From: Candidatus Poribacteria bacterium
Lineage (GTDB): Bacteria; Poribacteria; WGA-4E; PCPOR2b
Length of the DNA stretch: 64,000 nucleotides
Direction: 5' to 3'
Assembly (NCBI GenBank): GCA_965116925.1
Contig: OZ220744.1
Coordinates: 2,272,001-2,336,000, forward strand
Part shown: in pieces, positions 48,253-62,709 of the stretch
Numbering within the stretch: the stretch's first letter is position 1
Layout: each line of letters starts with the position of its first letter
Position numbers and translations under genes: made by a program
The notes under the pieces: model-generated
What the model was told of the DNA's origin: nothing
Database searches by the model: none
Seen by the model: only the letters and a program-made list of their open reading frames with translations

Positions 48253-50508
48253 ATGGCAGAAAAGAAAGACTACAAAGTCGTTGGGACTCGTCCCATTCGT
48301 CACGATGGCGTTGATAAGGTTACAGGTCGCGCCCTTTACGGCGCAGATTTCTACGCTGTAGGACTGTTACACGGCAGGGTTCTTCGGAGTCCACACGCCC
48401 ATGCACGGATTAAGTCGATTGATACGAGCCGTGCAGAAGCGCATCCCGGCGTGAAGGCGGTTGTAACAGCGAAAGATTTTCCTGATGTCGAAGATAAAAT
48501 TGCCGATCTTGGAGAGGGAGCGGCTAACGTAAAAGATCTCCAAGATAACGTATTGGCAGGCGACAAAGTGCTCTACAAGGGCCATCAGGTCGCGGCGGTA
48601 GCCGCAATTGATCCCCACACGGCTGAAGAGGCACTTGAACTCATAGATGTTGAGTATGAAGTGCTGCCGCCGGCAATCAGCGTGCTTGACGCGATGAAAG
48701 AAGATGCGCCGCTTCTGCACGAGAACATGAGAACCGATGAGATGGGGGAAAAATCCGATAAGCCGAGCAACATTGCGAGTCACTTCCAGCACAAGCAGGG
48801 AGACCCCGAAAAAGGGTTTGCCGAAGCGGATGTTGTTGTTGAACAAGAGTATACGACAGAGACCGTACATCAAGGCTATATCGAACCCCACAATGCGACG
48901 GCACTGTATAACCCCGATGGACACCTCACAATCTGGTGTAGTACGCAGGGGGCATTCGCTGTCCGAGAACAAGTGTCTGAGATTCTCGATCTACCCGTCT
49001 CAAAAATTAAGGTTGTGCCGATGGAGATCGGCGGTGGCTTTGGTGGGAAGATTAATGTTTACATCAAGCCGATCGCCGCGATGCTCTCCATGAAAACGGG
49101 CAAACCTGTCAAGGTCTTGATGAGTCGGGCGGATGTCTTTGAAGGCACCGGTCCAACGCCAGGTTCCTACGTGCGTGTGAAGATGGGCGCAACGAACGAT
49201 GGACGCATTACCGCTGCGGAAGCCTATCTCGCGTTTGAAGCGGGTGCGTATGCCGGCTCACCGGTTGGGGCAGCGGCGTTCTGCGTCTTCTCGCCCTACA
49301 AGGTTGAGAATGGGCAGGTTGATGGATATGATGTGGTCGTCAATAAGCCGAAGACCGCCGCATATCGCGCGCCTGGTGCAACAAATGCTGCATTTGCTGC
49401 TGAAACTGTCATCGACGAGATTTGTGAGAAGATCAGGATGGATCCGCTCGAATTCCGTATCCTCAATAGTGCGAAAGAGGGGGATATCCGTGTTGATGGT
49501 CCACCCACCCCACGTGTTGGTTTCGTCGAAACGGTTGAGGCTGCGAAGGATCACCCACACTACTCGGCACCGCTTGAAGGTGAGAATGTAGGACGTGGTG
49601 TTGCTTCCGGTTATTGGCCCAATTTCGGTATGAAATCGAGTGTCGTAATTAACGTAACTGCCGATGGGACAATTAGTCTCGTCGAAGGGTCAACCGATAT
49701 CGGTGGCACACGCGCATCGATTGCGATGCAGGCTGCGGAAGTTCTGGGCATTCCCGCCGAGTCTGTCACGCCTAGCGTAGTGGATACCGATTCTGTGGGT
49801 TACACCGCTGTAACAGGGGGTAGCCGTACCGCGTTTGCTACCGGCTACGCCGCTTATGAAGCTGCACAGGATGTCAAGGGGCAAATGATTGAGCGTGCTG
49901 CAAAACTGTGGGAAGTCGATGCGGAAGAGGTCCAATTTGCCGATGGCGTATTTAGTACCGTTAATGGGCAGGAACACGAGATTGACTTCAAAGGTCTAGC
50001 AGCGAGGTTGGATGAGACCGGCGGTCCCGTCGTTGGACGCGGCACTGCGGATCCCAATCAACCCGGTCCTTCAATCGGTCTACACGTTGTTGATGTCGAG
50101 GTCGATCCGGATACTGGCAAGATTGACATCTTGCGTTACACAGCGACCCAAGATGCGGGCAAAGCAGTCCACCCCAGCTATGTCGAAGGACAGATACAGG
50201 GTGGTGCTGTCCAAGGTATCGGCTGGGCGTTGAACGAGGAATACATCTACAATGAAAAAGGTGAGATGACCAACGCGAGTTTCCTCGATTACCGTATACC
50301 GACCTGTCTGGATCTGCCGATGATTGACGCTGTTATCGTCGAAGTTCCGAACCCCGGTCATCCGTATGGGGTTAGGGGTGTCGGTGAAACGCCAATTATC
50401 GCGCCCCCTGCTGCGATTGCAAATGCGGTCTATCGTGCAATCGGTGTTCGGATGAAAGAGTTACCGATGTCGCCGGGCCGCGTTCTCAAAGCGATGGGCA
50501 AGATCTAA
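48253..50508 (+). CDS. Xanthine dehydrogenase/CoxL-family molybdopterin-binding subunit
   Basis: DKVTGRA, RSPHAHA, IGGGFGGK, AYRAPG, EGQIQGG, RGVGE. Confidence 0.93.
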   Translation: MAEKKDYKVVGTRPIRHDGVDKVTGRALYGADFYAVGLLHGRVLRSPHAHARIKSIDTSRAEAHPGVKAVVTAKDFPDVEDKIADLGEGAANVKDLQDNVLAGDKVLYKGHQVAAVAAIDPHTAEEALELIDVEYEVLPPAISVLDAMKEDAPLLHENMRTDEMGEKSDKPSNIASHFQHKQGDPEKGFAEADVVVEQEYTTETVHQGYIEPHNATALYNPDGHLTIWCSTQGAFAVREQVSEILDLPVSKIKVVPMEIGGGFGGKINVYIKPIAAMLSMKTGKPVKVLMSRADVFEGTGPTPGSYVRVKMGATNDGRITAAEAYLAFEAGAYAGSPVGAAAFCVFSPYKVENGQVDGYDVVVNKPKTAAYRAPGATNAAFAAETVIDEICEKIRMDPLEFRILNSAKEGDIRVDGPPTPRVGFVETVEAAKDHPHYSAPLEGENVGRGVASGYWPNFGMKSSVVINVTADGTISLVEGSTDIGGTRASIAMQAAEVLGIPAESVTPSVVDTDSVGYTAVTGGSRTAFATGYAAYEAAQDVKGQMIERAAKLWEVDAEEVQFADGVFSTVNGQEHEIDFKGLAARLDETGGPVVGRGTADPNQPGPSIGLHVVDVEVDPDTGKIDILRYTATQDAGKAVHPSYVEGQIQGGAVQGIGWALNEEYIYNEKGEMTNASFLDYRIPTCLDLPMIDAVIVEVPNPGHPYGVRGVGETPIIAPPAAIANAVYRAIGVRMKELPMSPGRVLKAMGKI

Positions 50509-50577
50509 GTATATAGGCGTAAATTTTAGCATTTCAGATCCGCTCGGTTTCTCGAACTTGGTGGATCTAAAACTACC

Positions 50578-50620
50578 ATCAGGGATATGGGGTTCTTATA
50601 GAGCTTCATATCCCTGATTT
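50578..50620 (+). terminator. Strong hairpin between the coxL-like and moaD-like genes (terminator or processing signal)
   Basis: ATCAGGGATATGGGGTTCT-TAT-AGAGCTTCATATCCCTGAT followed by a T-rich tract. Confidence 0.55.
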
Positions 50621-50641
50621 GTTTTACCCACGGAGGGTGTT

Positions 50642-50929
50642 ATGGCAACGATTGCAATTCCCTCACTCATGCAGAAACTGACCGATGGCGCGAACCAAGT
50701 GGTTGTGGAGGGGAAGACGCTGCGGGAAGTGGTTAATAATCTTGAAGCAGCCTATCCCGGTTTCAAAGATCGCCTCTGTGATGGAGATCGGATTCGTCCG
50801 AGCATCTCAGTATATATTGATGGCGTTATGACTCGTGAAGGGATGCATCAACCGATAGGCGAGACGGCGAACATCCATTTCGTACCGGCGGTCAGTGGCG
50901 GTTTATCCAGCCGTCAAAAAGATTTGTAG
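50642..50929 (+). CDS. MoaD/ThiS-family ubiquitin-like sulfur carrier with a C-terminal extension
   Basis: Beta-grasp pattern ending IHFVPAVSGG-LSSRQKDL. Confidence 0.85.
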   Translation: MATIAIPSLMQKLTDGANQVVVEGKTLREVVNNLEAAYPGFKDRLCDGDRIRPSISVYIDGVMTREGMHQPIGETANIHFVPAVSGGLSSRQKDL

Positions 50930-50958
50930 TAATAAATGAAAAAAATGTGTGTTTTCTC

Positions 50959-50987
50959 TTGACAGGGTGAAGGGGGTATGTTATAAT
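50959..50987 (+). promoter_or_regulatory. rRNA operon promoter
   Basis: Perfect TTGACA-17 bp-TATAAT with TG extension and A-rich upstream; boxA-like TGCTCTTTGAAA at ~51020. Confidence 0.85.
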
Positions 50988-51166
50988 CCCACCTGCTTCC
51001 GTTAAGGAAGGTTAAAAGATGCTCTTTGAAAGCTAAATAGTTTCTGTTACGCGCTACGTTTTTTGATAGATAGCATTTGATAGGGCTTGTATATTGTACA
51101 AAGTCCTCCTGTCGACTTAGAAAATCCCCCAACCTTTATAGAGTTGGAGTGGTTTTTCTTTAAGAC

Positions 51167-52731
<1,565 letters not shown>

Positions 52732-52820
52732 CCAAGGGCATCTTTAATGCCCGAGCTCGTTGAATTGTGCATATCGGAAATCTATTTAGCTTTCATAGAC
52801 GGCATCTTTTATTTTTCTAG

Positions 52821-52897
52821 GGGCTTATAGCTCAGGCGGTTAGAGCGCGCGCCTGATAAGCGCGAGGTCTCTGGTTCGATTCCAGATAAGCCCACCA
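52821..52897 (+). tRNA. tRNA-Ile(GAT)
   Basis: GGGCTTA/TAAGCCC acceptor stem, CTGATAA anticodon loop, TTCGA T-loop, encoded CCA. Confidence 0.96.
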
Positions 52898-52906
52898 TAT
52901 CTATGT

Positions 52907-52980
52907 GGGGGTGTAGCTCAGTTTGGGAGAGCGTCTGCTTTGCACGCAGAAGGCCAGCGGTTCGACTCCGCTCATCTCCA
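52907..52980 (+). tRNA. tRNA-Ala(TGC)
   Basis: GGGGGTG/CATCTCC acceptor stem with G3:U70, TTTGCAC anticodon loop; followed by CTA, not CCA. Confidence 0.95.
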
Positions 52981-53045
52981 CTAAGCGTAACAGCTTTTGA
53001 TCTTTGACAATTGTATAGATTTGAGAATTCGGCTTCTAAAGAATT

Positions 53046-56074
<3,029 letters not shown>

Positions 56075-56144
56075 CTCTATTCTATAGCTTAATATTCAAA
56101 TCTATACAGTTGTCAAATATTTTGGAATAATAGATTCCTAATAT

Positions 56145-56264
56145 TTTCCGGTGGCAAGAGCGGAGGGGAAACACCCGTACCCATTCCGAACACGGCAGTT
56201 AAGCCCTTCAGCGCTGATGATACTTCGAGGGTAACCTCGTGGGAAAGTAGGTCGTTGCCGGGAA
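56145..56264 (+). rRNA. rrf: 5S rRNA
   Basis: CACCCGTACCCATTCCGAACACGGCAGTTAAG, GAAAGTAGGTCGTTGCCGG. Confidence 0.96.
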
Positions 56265-56272
56265 GCTAAAAT

Positions 56273-56303
56273 AAAGCCTCAACCTTCAGGTTGGGGCTTT
56301 TTT
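56273..56303 (+). terminator. Rho-independent terminator of the rRNA operon
   Basis: AAAGCCTCAACC-TTCA-GGTTGGGGCTTT followed by a T run. Confidence 0.88.
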
Positions 56304-56345
56304 AATGTCACAAAAATGTCTTTAACAATTCGCAAGACAATTTTC

Positions 56346-56374
56346 TTGCATCTGTTTTACCTGTATGCTAAAAT
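56346..56374 (+). promoter_or_regulatory. Sigma70-type promoter for the yebC-ruv operon
   Basis: TTGCAT-17 bp-TAAAAT with TG extension. Confidence 0.55.
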
Positions 56375-56405
56375 ACGCTAGAATCTATGAATAGGAGTGA
56401 AAGAA

Positions 56406-57152
56406 ATGTCAGGTCATTCAAAATGGTCATCAATTAAACACCGCAAAGCTGCTGTTGATGCGAAGCGTGGAAAGCTTTTCTCGAAATTGATTAAGGAGAT
56501 CACGATTGCAGCGCGAATCGGCGGTTCCGATACCCAAGTGAATCCACGTTTGAGATCTGCGGTGATAGCTGCACGATCGAAGAATGTTCCGAATGATAAT
56601 ATCGAAAAGGCAATTCTACGCGGCACCGGTGAACTTGACGGCGTGGATTATGAAGAAATTTTATATGAGGGATATGGTCCCGGTGGCGTTGCGATCATGA
56701 TCGATGTCTTGACCGATAACAGGAACCGAGCGATTGCGGATGTCAGGCATATTTTAACCAAACATGGTGGCAACATGGGCGAGCGGGGCTGCGTTTCGTG
56801 GCTGTTCGATAAGCGCGGTTGGATGATTATTGAGAAGGGTAGTATTGACGAAGACGAGCTTTTTATGATTGCACTGGATTCGGGGGCGGAGGATTTAACG
56901 GTTCAGGATGAGCACCTTGAGATTATCACGTCTCCTGAGAATTTTGAGGCGGTTAGAGAAGCGGTTGAGGCAGCCGGTGCGACGATTCAGGAAGCTGAGT
57001 TGACGATGCTTCCCCAAACTACAGTGAAATCGGAAGGTAAGGAAGCGGAGCGGATGCTGCGGTTGATGGAGGCTTTGGAAGATAGCGATGATGTCCAGAA
57101 AGTTTATGCAAACTTCGACATCGACGACGATATTTTGGAGGCTGCGGCATAA
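56406..57152 (+). CDS. yebC: YebC/PmpR family protein
   Basis: [38 protein letters not shown]. Confidence 0.96.
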   Translation: MSGHSKWSSIKHRKAAVDAKRGKLFSKLIKEITIAARIGGSDTQVNPRLRSAVIAARSKNVPNDNIEKAILRGTGELDGVDYEEILYEGYGPGGVAIMIDVLTDNRNRAIADVRHILTKHGGNMGERGCVSWLFDKRGWMIIEKGSIDEDELFMIALDSGAEDLTVQDEHLEIITSPENFEAVREAVEAAGATIQEAELTMLPQTTVKSEGKEAERMLRLMEALEDSDDVQKVYANFDIDDDILEAAA

Positions 57153-57223
57153 TTCTATCGGTTCATGTGAAAAGATAGTGCGAAACGCACAGAGCGTGAA
57201 ACGTGAAACGTAATGCGTGAAAA

Positions 57224-57727
57224 ATGATTGTTCTTGGCATAGACCCTGGAATTGCAAATACTGGCTATGGCGTTATTAAAGCGGAGTCATCAACGTTTAG
57301 CCTGCTTGATTTTGGCTGCATCCAGACATCGCCCAAGGATGAATCTACCCACCGTTTGAAAGCTATCTATGACGCACTGATTCATTTGGCTGCGGAATAT
57401 CAACCGGATTTCTTCGCACTTGAAGATCTTTTCTTTAGCAAGAATGTGAGCAGTGCGTTTGCTGTGGGAGAGGCAAGAGGTGTGATTAAATTGGTTGCTG
57501 CGAATACAGATCGGCGGCTCTATAACTATCCGCCTGTTGAGGTCAAGCAAGCGGTTGTCGGATATGGTAAAGCACCCAAGCGTCAGGTCCAAGAGATGGT
57601 TAAACTTTTACTCAGGTTGAAAGAGATTCCTCGTCCAGATCACGCGGCAGACGCACTTGCCGTAGCGATTTGTCATGCACGTTCCCATAAACTACTTCAA
57701 CTGCGCGAAAGGCACCTCAAGTCATGA
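57224..57727 (+). CDS. ruvC: Holliday junction resolvase RuvC
   Basis: LGIDPG, EDLFF, VKQAVVGYGKA.K.QV, DHAADALAVAICH. Confidence 0.96.
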   Translation: MIVLGIDPGIANTGYGVIKAESSTFSLLDFGCIQTSPKDESTHRLKAIYDALIHLAAEYQPDFFALEDLFFSKNVSSAFAVGEARGVIKLVAANTDRRLYNYPPVEVKQAVVGYGKAPKRQVQEMVKLLLRLKEIPRPDHAADALAVAICHARSHKLLQLRERHLKS

Positions 57728-58317
57728 TTGCGTTCGTAAAAGGCATCTTATCGGTCAATGGATCAAAACAGGTGATTGTCGATGTTAACGGCGTCGGATA
57801 CAGTGTTGAGATCCCAGAGAGTACAAAGACTCAGTTGCCGGAAGTCGGGTCCGACATCACACTTTACACGCATTATCATTGTCGGGAAAATGAAGTCAAG
57901 CTTTATGGATTTGCGTCACAGGATGACCTCACAGTGTTTGAAACCGCCCTTGTGGTAAAAGGGGTGGGGCCCGCCTTAGCATTAAATATCGTTTCAAAAC
58001 TCTCTCCCTCTGACTTCCAGCGTGCGATCCGTGATGGCGATCACGCCACTCTAATGCGGGTACCACGTCTCAATAAAGAACTCGCACAACTTATGATAAT
58101 GAAACTGAAGAACACCGTCCGTAAGATTCACTTTGATGCTAAAGTTGATGAGGCTGGCAGCGGTGCCCATACGGAGGCGGGCGTGAAGGTTTTGATGGGC
58201 TTGGGAGCGTCTGAGTCTGCAGCGGATCGGGCAATCGCGGATGCCCAGAAAATCTTGGGACCTACAGCAAAACGGGAAGAGTTGGTTCGATTGGCTCTTA
58301 CTCGATTAAATCAGTGA
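57724..58317 (+). CDS. ruvA: Holliday junction branch migration protein RuvA
   Basis: VDVNGVGY, LYGF, VKGVGPALAL; lies between ruvC and ruvB. Confidence 0.92.
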   Translation: MIAFVKGILSVNGSKQVIVDVNGVGYSVEIPESTKTQLPEVGSDITLYTHYHCRENEVKLYGFASQDDLTVFETALVVKGVGPALALNIVSKLSPSDFQRAIRDGDHATLMRVPRLNKELAQLMIMKLKNTVRKIHFDAKVDEAGSGAHTEAGVKVLMGLGASESAADRAIADAQKILGPTAKREELVRLALTRLNQ

Positions 58318-58326
58318 GTCTAGCTC

Positions 58327-59358
58327 ATGAATCAAGATAAAGAGATGCAAACCCTTCTCAGCGAGTCGGATGGCGAGGAACTGGAGGAGAGTCAATATAA
58401 CCTCAGGCCACAGAGTCTTGATGAATTCATTGGACAGGAGCGGATTAAAGAGCAGCTGCGCATTCATATCGAAGCCGCTAAAAGTCGGGGGCAGGCATTA
58501 GCGCATATTTTGTTTGTGGGACCGCCGGGACTCGGTAAGACAACGTTGGCTCGGATTGTTGCCAATGAGATGGGGAGCAGCTTCAAGTCAGCAGCGGGTC
58601 CTACGATGGAGCGTCTGGATTTAGCAACAATGTTGACTAACCTTGAGGAACGGGGGATTTTTTTTATTGATGAAATCCATCGTATGAAGGGCTATGTTCA
58701 GGAGTCGTTGTACCCTGCGATGGAGGATTATAAGATAGATTTGCCTATCGGTCAGGGACCTGCTGCGGATATTATTACTGTACCGCTTGCCCATTTTACC
58801 CTCGTGGGCGCAACGACTCGTGAAGGCTTGTTGGGTGGGCCATTTCGAGATCGCTTTGGCAATCGTATCCATCTCGATTATTACACACCGGAGGAGATTC
58901 AGATCGCTATCAACCGACTGAGCCGGCGGATGCATCCACCTGTAAAAATCGAGGAGACAGCGGAATATGAGTTGGCTTGTCGTTCAAGAGGCACGATGCG
59001 TATTGCGGAGAATATGTTGAAAAAGGTCAGGGATTACGCAACCGTCAGATCCGACGGAGTTATCACCTATGAGATCGCTCAAGAGGCGTTGGAATTTTTT
59101 AAGATTGATGAACTTGGCTTGGACGACAATGATAGAGTCTATCTGCGAACGATGATTGAGAAGTTTCGTGGGCGGGCGGGTCTGAAGGCGATGGCGGTCG
59201 CTGTCAGTGAAGATGAGCGTACCATTGAAGAGGTTTACGAACCCTTCTTAATTAAGCTTGGCTTTTTGACCCTGACACCGATGGGGCGAGTCGCAACGGA
59301 TGCGGCTTATCAGCACCTCGGCTATCCAACGCCTGAGTATCAGCCGACGCTCTTTTAA
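58327..59358 (+). CDS. ruvB: Holliday junction helicase RuvB
   Basis: LRPQSLDEFIGQ, GPPGLGKTTLA, DEIHR, GATTR, EPFL. Confidence 0.96.
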   Translation: MNQDKEMQTLLSESDGEELEESQYNLRPQSLDEFIGQERIKEQLRIHIEAAKSRGQALAHILFVGPPGLGKTTLARIVANEMGSSFKSAAGPTMERLDLATMLTNLEERGIFFIDEIHRMKGYVQESLYPAMEDYKIDLPIGQGPAADIITVPLAHFTLVGATTREGLLGGPFRDRFGNRIHLDYYTPEEIQIAINRLSRRMHPPVKIEETAEYELACRSRGTMRIAENMLKKVRDYATVRSDGVITYEIAQEALEFFKIDELGLDDNDRVYLRTMIEKFRGRAGLKAMAVAVSEDERTIEEVYEPFLIKLGFLTLTPMGRVATDAAYQHLGYPTPEYQPTLF

Positions 59359-59406
59359 CTTGTAACGAGGACTTGCCAATCTAATCTTTCCGTAAGTGTA
59401 ACAGGT

Positions 59407-60435
59407 ATGAAACTCACCGATTATGACTACGACCTACCCGAAGCACTAATTGCCCAGCAGCCCTGCCTACAAAGGGATGCGTCCCGCTTGATGGTCTTGG
59501 ATCGGGGGGCACGCAAAATACACCACGCGCAATTCTCCCAGATTGGCGAGTTTCTCCCGACTCGTTCGTTGCTTGTCCTTAACAACACCAAAGTCATTCC
59601 AGCCCGGCTCATCGGGCGAAAACTGCCGACGGGTGGAAAGATTGAGCTGCTTTTAACCCGTCAGAAGGGGAGGAACAGTTGGGAGGCACTGGTAAAGCCG
59701 GGCAGACGTGTCACGCATGGGACGCGTATCGTCTTTGGGGAGGGAATCCTGACAGGAAAAGTTCTTGCTAAATCGCCGCTCGGTCTTTATACTGTCCGAT
59801 TCAAGTATAACGGTGATTTCGAGGAGATTCTCGCACAAATCGGCAAAGTTCCCTTGCCACCCTACATCAAACGTGAACCGAACCAGACCGACAAAAAGGA
59901 GTATCAATGCGTTTATGCGAAGGAGGCGGGGGCGATCGCTGCACCAACGGCGGGGTTACATTTTACGTTGGATTTGATGGATAACCTCAAGCGAGATGGG
60001 ATTAACCGTGTAACTCTCACGCTCCATGTTGGACCCGGCACGTTCCAACCGGTCAAAGTGGAAAATATTGAGATGCACAAGATGCACTCGGAGTATTTTG
60101 AGCTTTCTCAAACAAGTGCTAATCAGATCAATGCGGCAAAGGAAGAAGGGCGAAAAATCGTTGCGGTCGGGACCACTTCCGTTCGCGCCCTTGAAACGGT
60201 TGCCTCGAATTGTGGCGTTGACCCGTATCAGGGATATACGGATATCTTTATATATCCCGGCTATCAGTTCAAAGTTGTTGACGCTTTGGTAACTAATTTT
60301 CATTTACCAAAATCAACTTTACTCATGCTTGTTAGCGCGTTTGCTGGGCATGAATTTATTTTTGAAGCTTATCAAGAAGCAATTGCACAAAAATATCGCT
60401 TTTATAGTTATGGCGATGCAATGCTGATTCTTTAA
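59407..60435 (+). CDS. queA: SAM:tRNA ribosyltransferase-isomerase
   Basis: LIAQQP, PLPPYIKR, AAPTAGLHF, VGTTSVRALE, TNFHLPKST, YSYGDAM. Confidence 0.97.
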   Translation: MKLTDYDYDLPEALIAQQPCLQRDASRLMVLDRGARKIHHAQFSQIGEFLPTRSLLVLNNTKVIPARLIGRKLPTGGKIELLLTRQKGRNSWEALVKPGRRVTHGTRIVFGEGILTGKVLAKSPLGLYTVRFKYNGDFEEILAQIGKVPLPPYIKREPNQTDKKEYQCVYAKEAGAIAAPTAGLHFTLDLMDNLKRDGINRVTLTLHVGPGTFQPVKVENIEMHKMHSEYFELSQTSANQINAAKEEGRKIVAVGTTSVRALETVASNCGVDPYQGYTDIFIYPGYQFKVVDALVTNFHLPKSTLLMLVSAFAGHEFIFEAYQEAIAQKYRFYSYGDAMLIL

Positions 60436-60452
60436 CTTGGAGGACATAAATT

Positions 60453-60734
60453 ATGGAAGCTCTCGGTGCTTTCTTTCCAATTCTGCTGATGATACCCATT
60501 TTGTACTTTCTGATTTTACGGCCTGAACAGTTGAAGCGCAAAAAACATCAAGCGATGTTGAGTAACTTGGCGAAGGCGGACGAAGTTGTTACGACAGGTG
60601 GGTTGCATGGAAAGATTGTAGGTGTGGATCAAGAAATTGTCGTTTTGATAATCGCAGAGAATGTGAAGGTCGAGGTGTCGCGAAGCGCGATCGCTTTCAA
60701 AAAGAAGGCAGGCGAATTGATTGAGGGTGAATAG
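60453..60734 (+). CDS. yajC: Preprotein translocase subunit YajC
   Basis: N-terminal TM, YFLILRP, VVTTGGLHGKI. Confidence 0.92.
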   Translation: MEALGAFFPILLMIPILYFLILRPEQLKRKKHQAMLSNLAKADEVVTTGGLHGKIVGVDQEIVVLIIAENVKVEVSRSAIAFKKKAGELIEGE

Positions 60735-60777
60735 ACGGTTTGGATAGTCTCGCCCTTTTTATGAGAGATGTGACGAT

Positions 60778-61422
60778 ATGAAAAAGATTGGCAGACTTCA
60801 TGTTATCACTGATACAACTATTCAATCTCGGTTTACGCATGCGGAGTTGGCAGAGATGGCGATTGCGGGTGGTGCTGACACCATCCAGTTTCGCCAGAAG
60901 GATGGGAGTACACGCGAATTGGTCGAATCCGCACAGACGGTGCAAGCTGTTTGTGCAGCGCATGGAGTTTCCTTGATTGTGAACGATCGGGCGGATATTG
61001 CCCTTGCTACCGGTGCAGCGGGAGCTCATTTTGGTCAGGATGATTTGCCAATTGCAGTTGGGCGGCGAATCCTTCCACCCGAAGCGATTATTGGCGCCTC
61101 GGCACGGACGAAGGAGAGGATCCTAGAGGCAATCTCTGCGGGGGCAGACTACATCGGGTTCGGTCCTATCTATCAGACCTCCTCCAAACCGGATGCGGAA
61201 CGCCCCAAGGGATTGGAAGCACTGCGACGGATGTCCGAAATCGCAGGGTGTCCTGTCATCGCTATTGGTGGGATTACGGCTGAAACTGCATACGATGTCA
61301 TCTGTGCCGGTGCCTATGGGATCGCTGTCATTTCAGCGGTTTGTGGACAGGCGGATCCGGTTGCCGCGACTCGTCACTTAGATGGCGAGATTCAACGTGC
61401 CAAGGTGAGTCTGGGGGTGTAG
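60778..61422 (+). CDS. thiE: Thiamine-phosphate synthase
   Basis: IQFRQK, IVNDRADIA, HFGQDD, ADYIGFGPIYQTSSK, AIGGI. Confidence 0.93.
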   Translation: MKKIGRLHVITDTTIQSRFTHAELAEMAIAGGADTIQFRQKDGSTRELVESAQTVQAVCAAHGVSLIVNDRADIALATGAAGAHFGQDDLPIAVGRRILPPEAIIGASARTKERILEAISAGADYIGFGPIYQTSSKPDAERPKGLEALRRMSEIAGCPVIAIGGITAETAYDVICAGAYGIAVISAVCGQADPVAATRHLDGEIQRAKVSLGV

Positions 61423-61534
61423 TTTTTGATGATGACAAAAATTGTGGAGATTATAATGCCGGTTGTAAACCGCCCCGACACGCATGCCGTTTAGAAAGAA
61501 AATTGCCTATCCTTATTGCTGCGGGAAGTTACTC

Positions 61535-62116
61535 ATGGACAGAATCGTTGAAGATGAAATGTTAGTCGCGCAGTTTCAAGCGGGTCGCCTTGATGCTTTC
61601 GATGATCTGATGAAGCGATACAAAGGGCAGATCTACGCCTACCTGCTCAGGTCCGTGAAAAGTTACGAGGATGCTGAGGAGTTGACGATTGAAGTCTTTT
61701 TTAAGGCGTATCGTGCGCTTGACACTTGGAAACCGCAAGCCCGGTTTTCAACTTGGCTTTATAAAATTGCTCATAACCTATCAATCGATTTCCACCGTGC
61801 AAAATCACGCCGGCCGACCTATTCGCTTGATGATGAAGAGCTTTCTATTAACGAGCCAGCAGCCGTTGATTTATGGAGTAATCCTGAATGGGAAATTGAG
61901 GAAAAAGATCGGCATCGGGTTATCCGTGAGGCAATAGATCAACTTTCACCAAAACAGAAAGCTGTTTTTATGTTAAATCGTTACCAAGGGTTACAGATTA
62001 AAGAGATTACTGAAGTGCTTGGCATGGCAGAAGGAACAGTGAAGATTCACCTGCATCGTGCAGTGAAAAAACTGCAAACCCTGTTACTACCCCTCTGGGA
62101 AGGAAATGACATTTGA
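61535..62116 (+). CDS. ECF RNA polymerase sigma factor
   Basis: DAEEL...F.KAY, FSTWLYKIAHN, region 4 EI.EVLG..EGTVK..LHRA; likely ATG 61535. Confidence 0.92.
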   Translation: MDRIVEDEMLVAQFQAGRLDAFDDLMKRYKGQIYAYLLRSVKSYEDAEELTIEVFFKAYRALDTWKPQARFSTWLYKIAHNLSIDFHRAKSRRPTYSLDDEELSINEPAAVDLWSNPEWEIEEKDRHRVIREAIDQLSPKQKAVFMLNRYQGLQIKEITEVLGMAEGTVKIHLHRAVKKLQTLLLPLWEGNDI

Positions 62117-62133
62117 CCAAAGGAGTTTGCCAA

Positions 62134-62691
62134 ATGAAACAGTGCAAACAGCTAGAAAAATTCTACACCGAATATGTTTGTGACCTCCTCGATGAGGAGC
62201 GGGTTGCTCGCGTTGAGGAACATTTGCACAGTTGCTCTACCTGTGCCCATGAAGTTGAATCATTGCAAAAAACGTTGCGCTTGACTGAAGAGGCGGAGGA
62301 GCTGCCAATCCCGCCTGTTGTTCTTGATAATATTGAGATGAATGTCTATAAACGTTTAGCGACAGAATCTCCGCCCCCCCAACGATCGCACTTCTTCGCG
62401 AAATGTGTTGCTGCGTTTCAGTTGTTTAGTGTAAAGCACCGTCCTGCTTGGATCTTGCCCAGTGCGCTAGCAATCCTTGTGCTCGTGATTGGTATTTCGA
62501 TTCCTACGGTTTTGATTAACCAAGATCCGGTGCCAGATGTTGCGATACAACCCGTTCACGAAAGAATTGGACTGTATCAACAAGCAGAGATTCAGAACAA
62601 CCGCGCTGAAGCACTTGAAACAAGGCATTTAAGGGGTGACGATCGGCTGGCAACGCTCCAAATGCTGGCATTGGCAGAGCAGGCTCCCTAA
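62134..62691 (+). CDS. Zinc-binding anti-sigma factor (zf-HC2) with a TM helix
   Basis: HLHSCSTC (HxxxCxxC), TM segment, directly after the ECF sigma. Confidence 0.85.
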   Translation: MKQCKQLEKFYTEYVCDLLDEERVARVEEHLHSCSTCAHEVESLQKTLRLTEEAEELPIPPVVLDNIEMNVYKRLATESPPPQRSHFFAKCVAAFQLFSVKHRPAWILPSALAILVLVIGISIPTVLINQDPVPDVAIQPVHERIGLYQQAEIQNNRAEALETRHLRGDDRLATLQMLALAEQAP

Positions 62692-62709
62692 AACAGGAGA
62701 GGTAGAAGG

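Noticed and set aside
52981..52983. tRNA-Ala ends in CTA rather than CCA
   Set aside because: Non-encoded CCA is common and is added by the CCA-adding enzyme.
59407..60734. tgt missing between queA and yajC, and no secDF after yajC
   Set aside because: This is common gene-order variation; the genes are probably elsewhere in the genome.
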